From positions 1-49,536 of the forward strand of contig JAACET010000002.1 of assembly GCA_011682385.1 (NCBI GenBank): a stretch of 49,536 nucleotides of DNA, given 5' to 3'. Positions 38,087 to 46,321 of the stretch are shown piece by piece. A program made the translations under genes and the position numbers. This DNA is from Actinomycetota bacterium (GTDB taxonomy: Bacteria; Planctomycetota; Phycisphaerae; JAACET01). Positions within the stretch are counted from its first letter, which is position 1. Every line of letters starts with the position of its first letter. Under the pieces are notes generated by a model, which searched no databases, had not been told where the DNA came from, and worked only from the letters and a program-made list of their open reading frames with translations.

Positions 38087-39271
38087 CTAGCCCGGAACAA
38101 TTTCGACGGGATTACCTGTGTCACAGGACTCCCTGGCCGCCAGCCCCAGTTGAACGCTTAAACGACCATCCGACCAACTACTCCTGGGTTGCTCGCCAGT
38201 CCGGCAACAGTGAAAAAAGTGAGCAATGATATTACTGTCGGCCCCGCCGTGGTCTCCGCAGATCCGCTCGCGAACGTCGTGGACAATTTTCTCCTTGCTG
38301 TGCCGCCGCCACATGGTCACCGTACCTTGTTCCATATCGCCTTCGGCTGAGCCTTCTGTGCCCGTAAGACGCATTTGCCGTGTGTCTCTGGCACTGACAA
38401 CCGTCAGGGTGTGAGTTGCACGGACATCATTGTCATATTCGACGAGGGCCATGCCGTTATCGAAAGTATCTTTGTCTGAAGTGTAAAGACAGAGGTCTCG
38501 CGGCTGCCCCGTGGCCTTTTCGGTCAGGGTGGCGAGAGCATCCAACTGCGGATCGGTGGGCGATTCAAGATCGTAGTAGTCTGGGCAAGTGCGTTTCAGG
38601 GAACATATCCGGCAATGTGTAGCCGATCCAGGGATCGGGGCGTAATGACTTAAGCTTGATACTGCAAAGACTCGCTTCAGATTTCCCCCGGCAAACCAAT
38701 TTATCAGGTCAAAGTCGTGACAGGTCTTGGTTATCCATAGGCCTCCACCGTATTTTCTCAGACGGTTCCAGCGCCGAAAATAAGTCCTGCCGCCGTAGTA
38801 GTACTCGTTTGTTTCAATGGTCAACAATCTCCCGAATTGGCCGCTTTTGAGCATCTCATGAAGGGTCTCATGTACGGGCCCATGTCGCAGATTCATGCCC
38901 AGATAAAAGACACGATCTGTTTTCTTGGCTGCACTGATGATCTCATCACAATCGGATAGAGTGATCGCCAAAGGCTTTTCGCAGTAGACGTGCTTGCCAG
39001 CTTTGAGCGAGGCAACGACCGGTGTGACGTGCTCGGAGTCCGGCGTACAGACCAGCACCGCGCCAACACGCTCATCGCTAACAGCCTGCTCCAAGGACTC
39101 GTAGGTCACTGCGTCAGGAAGATCGTACTGCTTCAGCAGATACTCAACACGTGCGGGTATCGTATCATATATACCAGTTACAAAGCCCTGACTGGGATGA
39201 GCCTTCAAGTAATCAAGAAACGAAATGCAGCGCATGCCTGCGCCCACGATTGCTACACCCATACTATTCAT
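38087..39271 (-). CDS. Gfo/Idh/MocA-family NAD(P)-dependent oxidoreductase
   Basis: Rossmann motif MGVAIVGAGMRC and the hallmark VYCEKPLA (EKP motif), followed by the C-terminal alpha/beta dimerisation-domain pattern. Confidence 0.85.
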   Translation of the reverse strand: MNSMGVAIVGAGMRCISFLDYLKAHPSQGFVTGIYDTIPARVEYLLKQYDLPDAVTYESLEQAVSDERVGAVLVCTPDSEHVTPVVASLKAGKHVYCEKPLAITLSDCDEIISAAKKTDRVFYLGMNLRHGPVHETLHEMLKSGQFGRLLTIETNEYYYGGRTYFRRWNRLRKYGGGLWITKTCHDFDLINWFAGGNLKRVFAVSSLSHYAPIPGSATHCRICSLKRTCPDYYDLESPTDPQLDALATLTEKATGQPRDLCLYTSDKDTFDNGMALVEYDNDVRATHTLTVVSARDTRQMRLTGTEGSAEGDMEQGTVTMWRRHSKEKIVHDVRERICGDHGGADSNIIAHFFHCCRTGEQPRSSWSDGRLSVQLGLAARESCDTGNPVEIVPG

Positions 39272-39322
39272 TTTGTCAACCGAGCCTTTCTATAAGAACA
39301 TTCAATGTTGTTCTGCACTTGC

Positions 39323-40402
39323 TTAAAATCTCAGTTCTCTGATTCTGTTCAGATAGTATTTGTAATTCGCCAGCGAGGTATCTGGGGTTATCAAGTGATC
39401 CGGCATAACCACGAATCCGCCCTCTTTCATCAGAGGTAGCCGGCGTTCAATCTCGACATCGATTGCTTCAGGGCCTTTTTCCAGTACCAGTTTGTTAAAG
39501 CCACCTATTATTCTCAATTCTTTGCCGTATTTTTTCCGTAACGCCATTGGATCAGCATTCCAGGTGCCGATTTCCACAGGGCACTGAACGTTTACGCCGG
39601 CATCCAGCCAGTCGGACAGCAATGGCTCAATGAAACCATCGCAATCAACAGCCAGCAGTTTGGTGCCGTACTCCTCCAGTTTATTCCTTATTTTCCTATA
39701 GCCGGGCGCAACATGTTTCTTGAAAATCGCTGGGCTCACTAAAGGCCCTGATTTTCCACAGATGTCTTCCCATCCGAATCCCATATCGAGTTTCGTTCTC
39801 ATCTTTGGTGCAACTTGGTCGATGTACCAGCAAACCAGATATGAAAGGGTGCTCATCATGTCGGAATAGACTTCCGGGTCGTCGTACATCAGGTATGACA
39901 TGTTTTCCACCCCCATCCAATCTCTGATCCATCCCATCATGGAACCAGTGTGTAAGGCAAGGGGTAGTCCTGAGTTCTGGGCACGTTCGATTCTTTCAGC
40001 CAGATCAGGCGGAATTCTTTCCGGGCAGGGCTGTAGCCTTTTCTTAAATTCAGACCAATCATTTCCTGTTTTCAGTGTAAAATCGATGCAATGAGGGGGG
40101 CTGCTCTTATGTTTCCATTCCTTCTTAGTAACGCCGCATTCGTCTTTGTAAATGCGGTATTCCTTGGTGTCTTCGAGAACTTCTTCTTCAAACGGCGGAT
40201 AAAGGTGAACCGCTTTGTCACTGCCGGATATCCACGCGCAGTGCGGCGTAGCCTGAAAGTACGTATGATCGTCGACATTTTCAGGCATGCCTTCCGATAT
40301 CCATCTGGCACGTGTTTCGTCCCATCCGCCCCAGTGAATCACGGGCATTCTGTCAAAGTCACCGTAATTCATAATGGTCTGCCACAACTGTCTGATTGAC
40401 AT
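39323..40402 (-). CDS. URO-D-like family protein (D-C-D-G in place of H-x-C-G)
   Basis: GAGGA RBS 9 nt upstream of the start. MSIRQLWQTIMNYGDFDRMPVIHWGGW...MYDDPEVY...LLAVDCDGFIEPLLSDWLDAGVNVQCPVE...MKEGGFVVMPDHLITPDTSLANYKYY. Confidence 0.7.
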   Translation of the reverse strand: MSIRQLWQTIMNYGDFDRMPVIHWGGWDETRARWISEGMPENVDDHTYFQATPHCAWISGSDKAVHLYPPFEEEVLEDTKEYRIYKDECGVTKKEWKHKSSPPHCIDFTLKTGNDWSEFKKRLQPCPERIPPDLAERIERAQNSGLPLALHTGSMMGWIRDWMGVENMSYLMYDDPEVYSDMMSTLSYLVCWYIDQVAPKMRTKLDMGFGWEDICGKSGPLVSPAIFKKHVAPGYRKIRNKLEEYGTKLLAVDCDGFIEPLLSDWLDAGVNVQCPVEIGTWNADPMALRKKYGKELRIIGGFNKLVLEKGPEAIDVEIERRLPLMKEGGFVVMPDHLITPDTSLANYKYYLNRIRELRF

Positions 40403-40423
40403 ATTAAAGAATCCTCATGAAAA
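40280..40423. repeat. 144-bp direct repeat, copy A (5' end plus RBS region of the 39323..40402 gene)
   Basis: Matches 42848-42991 with 5 mismatches and no gaps (139/144). The two copies are offset by 2568 bp. Confidence 0.95.
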
Positions 40424-40531
40424 ATCGAACAGTGCCATTAAGTCCGAGAACCTTTGTGTCAGGTCCATAATGAAAACGACAGGCAGAGGGACGACCGGAA
40501 TCATCAGGGAAGGTCCTCAGCCTATTACCCG

Positions 40532-41515
40532 CTACGCCGTACTCAGCAATTGCCCATTTTTCATAATAACCTTCTCGTCAACAGTTACAGTTGCCTCTCG
40601 GCAGATCAAATCGATATGTACAGGCCCAGCATTCTGTCCGCCAATTGTGGTATTGGCCCCAAATCCTATGTGGGCAGTTCCAAACACGCCTTCGTCCTCC
40701 AGCATTCGCCCGCAAAGTTTGGCAGCCGGATTAAGGCCTATACCCAACTCGGCCGCGATACGAACCGAAGAATCACCGTAGCTATCCCAGATCTTACATA
40801 ACATGTCGGCTTGTTCTCCACCTCGCACTTTTACTGCCCGCCCCCGCCTGACTTCGACGGTTATGGGCTTTTTTAGCAAACCTATTTGCGGCACTGGTAT
40901 ACTTCCGTCTACAATCAACAAACCTTCTGTCAAGTGTTCAACTGGCGCAAAATTAGCTTCAATGTCCGGCGGGGAACCAAAATCACCCGGTTTCGTACAA
41001 TAAGCTGACGCTGCATTTGCATCTCTGCCTTCAGCGGACAAGGTTATATCTGTCCCGAGCTTCGTAGTTAGCCTCACAGTTTGACCGCTTTCGAAGAAAT
41101 TAGCTACCCGCTGCACAATCGGCACCATAGCAGCGTAGTCAGCCATGGTTCCACCGCCACGCAGCATATTGAGATCATAGTCAGCCAGACTCAGGAATCT
41201 CCCGCCTTTCTTACAGAAGTTTACGCGCAGCAGGGAGTGCGAGAGTGAAAAAGTCGTACAGGCAAGGACAACATCTGCCGCAAGCGATTTTTCAGCAATG
41301 CTTGCCGGGGGTTCCTGGCCATGCCCTTTGGCCAGGGGAACGATTATCAAGTCAGTCTCGTCTGTGGCCACCGAAACGGCGTCAAGAAAGTGCCTTGCGA
41401 TCGATTTAGATTTCGAATCCGCTAGAATCGTGACTCTTTCTCCTGGCTGAATCACAGCGGCATTCTGAATAATGGCTCTGGCGCCGGGCAGCAATTCTGC
41501 TGGATTGTTTACCAT
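40532..41515 (-). CDS. Peptidase M29 (aminopeptidase T/AmpS)-like protein
   Basis: N-terminal ...GARAIIQNAAVIQPGERVTILAD. C-terminal GVFGTAHIGFGANTTIGGQNAGPVHIDLI resembles the M29 metal-site region. It starts 3 nt after the upstream gene's stop. Confidence 0.55.
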   Translation of the reverse strand: MVNNPAELLPGARAIIQNAAVIQPGERVTILADSKSKSIARHFLDAVSVATDETDLIIVPLAKGHGQEPPASIAEKSLAADVVLACTTFSLSHSLLRVNFCKKGGRFLSLADYDLNMLRGGGTMADYAAMVPIVQRVANFFESGQTVRLTTKLGTDITLSAEGRDANAASAYCTKPGDFGSPPDIEANFAPVEHLTEGLLIVDGSIPVPQIGLLKKPITVEVRRGRAVKVRGGEQADMLCKIWDSYGDSSVRIAAELGIGLNPAAKLCGRMLEDEGVFGTAHIGFGANTTIGGQNAGPVHIDLICREATVTVDEKVIMKNGQLLSTA

Positions 41516-41518
41516 ACT

Positions 41519-42797
41519 TTATCTCTTGCTATTAATTTCTTGGCTCAGTTTGTTGGTCAGCTTCAAGAATGTGTCCACTTCTTCAACCGTATTGTAGTGC
41601 GCAAGAGATACTCGCACACACTGGTCGAGTCTCATAGCCTCAAGCGTGTGCCGCGTATAGGCATCACTTTGACGGTCATGCACGATGATTCCTGCAGAAA
41701 TGCATCGTTTTACAACCTGCTTAGCCGGCAGACCTTCCAGGTTCATAGCAAATACTGCTTCTCGGTTATTGGTGACCATCGGGTATCCGTAGATATCTAC
41801 ACCTTTGATTTGCAGCAGCCCGGGTTGTTCAGAGCTACCGTTGAGAAGTCTGTCAGTGAGAGTCATTTCATGCGACTCAATCGCCTTCATAGCCGCGACA
41901 ATTAGGTCGCGCCTGCTTTTCCACCTGATTGCCCAACCAGCATAGATAATCGATTGCTGCTGAAAACGCTGCATAACCGCTGGCATCACGTGTGCCAAGG
42001 TCCCAACTGTCAACAGGCTTGCCTCGCAAACGCCAGTGTAGCAGCTCAGCTATCTTGGGACCCGTATACGCAAAAGTCAGGCCGACTTTGGAGAACAGCT
42101 TGTAGGCCGCGACAAGGTAGGCGTCCACGCCTAAGTCATTAACATCTATTGGGCAATGTTGAGCATGCTGGGCACCATCTACCACAATGAAAGTATTGCG
42201 ACGTTTCTTTCGAATCTCGCGGACTATTTTTTGAGCGTCATTCTTGACACCCGTGACGTTAGAAGCGTGGATAAATCCGACTGCCATTGTGCCTTCATCT
42301 ACCAACGCAGTTATGGACTCGTAAGGAACGGCCCCAGTTGCTGGGTCGAGTCTAGCTACTCTCATCTCAAGCCCAGACTTCTCCGCAAAAAACCTTGTGG
42401 CATCGAAAAATGAAGCGTGGTCAAGATTAGTACAAACAATATTAGTTCCCTTGCAGCTAGATGTGCAGGCATCAAGAATACGAAAAATGTTCGAGGTTGT
42501 GCTTTCCCCAGCTAATATTGTTCCTTCCTTGGCATTCAAGAAAGTTTTTACATCTTCCACACCTTTTCTGAGAATCTCACCGATCTGTTGAGACGCTTTG
42601 TTTTGTCTGCCGGCATTATCCGGCAATCCCGCAACCTCGGGAAGCAGACTAAGAACGGACTTCAGCGTTAGACTTCCGCCGGCGTTTTCAAAATAAATAC
42701 GTTTTCCGCTGTATGGATCTTCATCTACATACGCAAAGCGATTCCGTATCTGATTCAGTAAGTAATCTTCAAATGGTTTGCCTTTTGCCGGTGCCAT
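41519..42797 (-). pseudogene. Class V aminotransferase/cysteine-desulfurase-fold PLP enzyme, interrupted by a frameshift
   Basis: ORF 41877..42797 carries HASNVTG, VVDGAQHAQHCPIDVNDLGVDAYLVAAYK and AAIDYLCWLG. The expected continuation (RRDLIVAAMKAIESHEMTLTDRLL...VRVSLAHYNTVEEVD) lies in another frame, in ORF 41519..42013. The switch is between about 41910 and 41938, at or near an A4 run (minus strand, 41917-41920). Confidence 0.75.
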
Positions 42798-42814
42798 AAA
42801 CTTACTCCGTAGGG

Positions 42815-42970
42815 CTAAACTCCAAAATACTCATACTCGTCGGCATCTTCAGGCATGCCTTCTGATATCCATCTGGTACGTGTTTCGTCCCATCCGGCCC
42901 AGTGAATCACGGGCATTCTGTCAAAGTCACCGTAATCCATAATGTTCTGCCACAACTGTCTGATTGACAT
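42815..42970 (-). pseudogene. 51-codon remnant of a URO-D-like gene (duplicate of the 5' end of 39323..40402)
   Basis: It translates to MSIRQLWQNIMDYGDFDRMPVIHWAGWDETRTRWISEGMPEDADEYEYFGV*. It keeps the same GAGGA RBS. The stop lies 18 nt upstream of the aminotransferase ATG. It is too short for the ORF track. Confidence 0.8.
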
Positions 42971-42991
42971 ATTAAAGAATCCTCATGAAAA
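42848..42991. repeat. 144-bp direct repeat, copy B
   Basis: 139/144 identical to 40280-40423 in the same orientation. Confidence 0.95.
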
Positions 42992-43039
42992 GATTGGCCG
43001 GCGGCATCTGGCCCCGGAACTCTTGAGTCATATCCGTTC

Positions 43040-44038
43040 CTACCGAGGGGATACTTCAATAACTGCTTCTAACAGTGCTGCTGCATTTTCGGTGGGAACA
43101 TCTTCCATCAATGCCTTGGCTGTATCCATAATGTAGCCGCCGCCCTTGCCCAGCACAGATGCGCAGTCCATGACCTGTTGGCGAACTTCTTTGGGCTGTC
43201 CGCGGGAAAGCACTCCCTGCACACCAATACCTCCATGGAAACAAATACTGCCACCGTAAAGCTGCTTCATTTTGCGGATCTCCATAGCTTCAGGCTGTAG
43301 AGGATTGAACACTTGCACCCCGATATCGATCAAATCCGGCATGATTTCCTCGTTGTCGCCGCAACTGTGAATAGCAAGAATCTTTCCGGATTCTCGAACT
43401 TTTGCGTATATTTGTGCCAGGCGAGGCTTAAGGAACCGTCGCCAGTATTTTTTCCCCATGATCAAGCCCTTCTGTTGTCCGAAATCATCACCAAAACGCA
43501 GACAATCGAAAGGCAGGTGAAGTATCTTGTCGAGAGCATCCAATTGCAGTTGCATCAGAGTCTCTAGCAATGCGTCCACAAATACGGGATGCTGTACCAT
43601 ATCTACCATCAAGTCTTCAAAGCCTCGCATGGCCCAGGCCCGTTCAAAAAAGAGCATCCCAAGTTCATAACAGGTAAATCTGTCTTTGTTTCCTTCACAA
43701 AATTTCTCGATCCTGGTAATCTCCGCATCATCAATTAGTTCCGGCCAATGCACGCCCTTGAGATCAGGTTTTTTCAACACCGGCTCTACGGGATGTGCGG
43801 CCTTGCCTTTTTGCCAGAGAACACCAAACGGGTCGCGAAATACTTGGTCGGGATCGTCTTCATGCCATTTCATCCACTCGATATGAACAAAATGATTTTC
43901 ATAGCTCGGCCATCTGTCTGGCCCGCCATAATAACTGTTCAGCCGTTCAGTTACCGACTGTTCCATACTGATGTTATAAGGAATAAAGTCGGTCTCCCGG
44001 AATTTCAGCGATTCATAAACACGTTCTCTTGGCGTCAT
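43040..44038 (-). CDS. URO-D-like family protein (H-S-C-G motif present)
   Basis: AGGAA RBS. MTPRERVYESLKFRETDFIPYN...ILAIHSCGDNEEIMPDLIDIGVQVFNPLQ...HGGIGVQGVLSRGQPKEVRQQVMDCASVLGKGGGYIMDTAKAL. Confidence 0.7.
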   Translation of the reverse strand: MTPRERVYESLKFRETDFIPYNISMEQSVTERLNSYYGGPDRWPSYENHFVHIEWMKWHEDDPDQVFRDPFGVLWQKGKAAHPVEPVLKKPDLKGVHWPELIDDAEITRIEKFCEGNKDRFTCYELGMLFFERAWAMRGFEDLMVDMVQHPVFVDALLETLMQLQLDALDKILHLPFDCLRFGDDFGQQKGLIMGKKYWRRFLKPRLAQIYAKVRESGKILAIHSCGDNEEIMPDLIDIGVQVFNPLQPEAMEIRKMKQLYGGSICFHGGIGVQGVLSRGQPKEVRQQVMDCASVLGKGGGYIMDTAKALMEDVPTENAAALLEAVIEVSPR

Positions 44039-44835
44039 CTACTGTTCCTATCGATACAGCCTCATAACAAGTGGGAATCAGCCTAGATCCTCAACAACGT
44101 TGCCGGTCAGATTTCACCACGGCCTTGAATCGCTTAAAGGCCACCTCGCCCATGCCCCGCAGGTATGGCGAAGCTGACTGGCAGACTATCAAATTCTACT
44201 GATCGTCGAAAGCGAGTTTTTTCAGTTCCTATGTTTCCCCTCTGAAGACGTTTCAAACAAACACCAAAAAGATATGCTTTTCCTACACCGCCTCCTTGCC
44301 CATCACGCCATTGGCGTATCTCCCTGCGTACGTGCGATTCCTTGGCGCGTTTGCTTGACTGCTTCTTAGCCTTGCGGGCTTCGTGTAAGCGTTTAAGCGG
44401 CGTACCATATCTCAACTCCAATAGGTGCAACTTCCGAATCGAGCATTGTTCAGTTCGCTCCGACTTCGGGCCTGCTCATGAACTTATATGATATATCAGG
44501 ACATTACTTTCGTCAAGAGAAAAAGTAACCTAGCCCCAATATTTCTCCTGCGCCCTCAGAAATCTGCGTTTGTGTCGAGAGCTGATTACAGGCCTGGCGA
44601 CAGTTTAACTGTGATACTATAAATACTTAACCCGACACAGCCTCTCTCCTCTAACCTCCTTGGCGGCTGTGCTGCAAAAGATGCTGGTAGTGGGCAATCT
44701 ACTGACGTACAACATTATGTTGTTCCACATATTGCTCCACGCACATGCCTAACGTGTTATGATCATTGTGGTTACATACGATAGGAGGGAGTATTCTCCC
44801 GAATTACCCCATTATATATTCGCCAAGTTTTGTTC

Positions 44836-44864
44836 TTGACAAAAGAAAGCCTCGGTAGTAGGAT
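44836..44864 (+). promoter_or_regulatory. Putative sigma70-like promoter of the ROK regulator gene
   Basis: TTGACA (44836-44841), a 17-nt spacer, then TAGGAT (44859-44864). RBS AAGGAGA (44903-44909) precedes ATG 44920. Confidence 0.35.
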
Positions 44865-44919
44865 GCATTTTATATAGTGCTTGACTTTATTGCCTTCTCG
44901 CGTAAGGAGATAGTTCCGG

Positions 44920-46137
44920 ATGCATGTTGCAAACGGCCAACTCATCAAGGATCTGAACACTACTCGGATTCTGGACATTGTGAAGAGATCTCAGCCGATC
45001 TCACGTGTGGAGTTGGCGGAGGTCACTGGGCTGAGCTTCCCCACGGTCAGCAGAATCGTCAAAATGCTTCGAGAGAAGCGGCTTCTGCTGGAATACGGTC
45101 GGGGAAAATCCCGGGGTGGGCGTCGGCCCACGCGTTTACGCCTAAATCCGGACGCCAGTTGTATCATAGGCGTTGACGTGGATGTGCCTGAAACGACTGT
45201 GGCGCTACTGGACCTTGACGGCAAGACAAAAACTTTCGTTACATTTTCCACAAACCCGCAGCGCGGGCCGGCAGCCTTCCTCAATACACTGGTCGAACAC
45301 ATCGATAAGATATTGGTTGCTAGTTTTCTGGACAGGAGGCGGATCCTCGGCCTTGGGATTGCGGTCACGGGGAATGTGGACGTTGAAAAGGGACTCCTTG
45401 TCTATTCGGCCAAACTTGGTTGGCGGAACGTTCCTCTGCGAGAGATGGTCTCGGAAGAAACACGAATAGTGACGGCCATTGACGGAGACGTCGCATCCAT
45501 GGCCCTGGGAGAGCATTACTTCGGCAGCGCCAGAGATATGTCCAATCTGGTGTGGGTATGTGCTGGCAGCGGAATCGGTGCAGCACTGATCGAGGATGGC
45601 AAGATGTACAGAGGGGCACACGGTAGCGCCGTAGAACTCGGACACGTCACGGTAGTGATAGACGGACCCCTCTGCTCCTGTGGAAAGAAAGGATGCCTGG
45701 AAACAATGGCTGGTTCCAGATATGTCCTGTTGAGGCTCAGGGAGACCATCGCCGACGGAAGGGAAACGCTCATTCGTGATCTCATCGAAGGCAAGCTCGA
45801 TAATCTGCAAGTCTCCCATGTATTCCAGGCAGAAAAGAGTGGTGACAAGCTCGCGGGCGAGATCGTTGAGGAGGTGGCCTCCTACATCGGCCTGGGAATT
45901 GCCATGATTGCCAATTTGGTGGACCCCGGAGTGATCATCCTGGGCGGTCCGGTTGCCGACGCCGGCGGTGAGAGGTTTATGGAGATGGTCCGGAAGTTCG
46001 CCGCGCAGGGCATCATGCCCGAACGCTCCGACAGATTATCCATACGAGCCAGTGCCCTGGGCGAGCAGGCCGGCGCCGTTGGCGCAGCAAGCCTTGTCTA
46101 TAAGGAAGGCCTGAAGGCTCTCCTTTCGGTCGGCTAA
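44920..46137 (+). CDS. ROK-family transcriptional regulator (NagC/XylR-like)
   Basis: N-terminal winged HTH (ILDIVKRSQPISRVELAEVTGLSFPTVSRIVKMLREKRLL). ROK core has IGVDV, GSGIGAALI and the zinc motif GHVTVVIDGPLCSCGKKGCLE. Confidence 0.9.
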   Translation: MHVANGQLIKDLNTTRILDIVKRSQPISRVELAEVTGLSFPTVSRIVKMLREKRLLLEYGRGKSRGGRRPTRLRLNPDASCIIGVDVDVPETTVALLDLDGKTKTFVTFSTNPQRGPAAFLNTLVEHIDKILVASFLDRRRILGLGIAVTGNVDVEKGLLVYSAKLGWRNVPLREMVSEETRIVTAIDGDVASMALGEHYFGSARDMSNLVWVCAGSGIGAALIEDGKMYRGAHGSAVELGHVTVVIDGPLCSCGKKGCLETMAGSRYVLLRLRETIADGRETLIRDLIEGKLDNLQVSHVFQAEKSGDKLAGEIVEEVASYIGLGIAMIANLVDPGVIILGGPVADAGGERFMEMVRKFAAQGIMPERSDRLSIRASALGEQAGAVGAASLVYKEGLKALLSVG

Positions 46138-46321
46138 GATGAAGGTGTTGTAGTCCGTGGAGCCACAGATTTGGGCGAAAGTACTTTTACCTAGCCATCC
46201 GGCCCTGAGAGGTTATGGTCCAAAACTTCGCAGTCTAGGCGCATTACCCACATAGAATATATCGCTGAACGGCGTTGGTTCGGTTAATTTTTGTTTTCTT
46301 GATCAGTGTTCGGAGAAACAG

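Noticed and set aside
44134-44430. 98-aa very basic minus-strand ORF in the 880-bp divergent intergenic region
   Set aside because: It has a non-ATG start and no RBS. It is Lys/Arg-rich at the front with a low-complexity tail, and I recognise no family. It may be a decayed fragment or non-coding, so it is not reported as a gene.
45205-45819. 204-aa minus-strand ORF (with 45365..45619 and 45516..45848)
   Set aside because: All are antisense to the ROK regulator, which has clear HTH and CxCGxxGC motifs.
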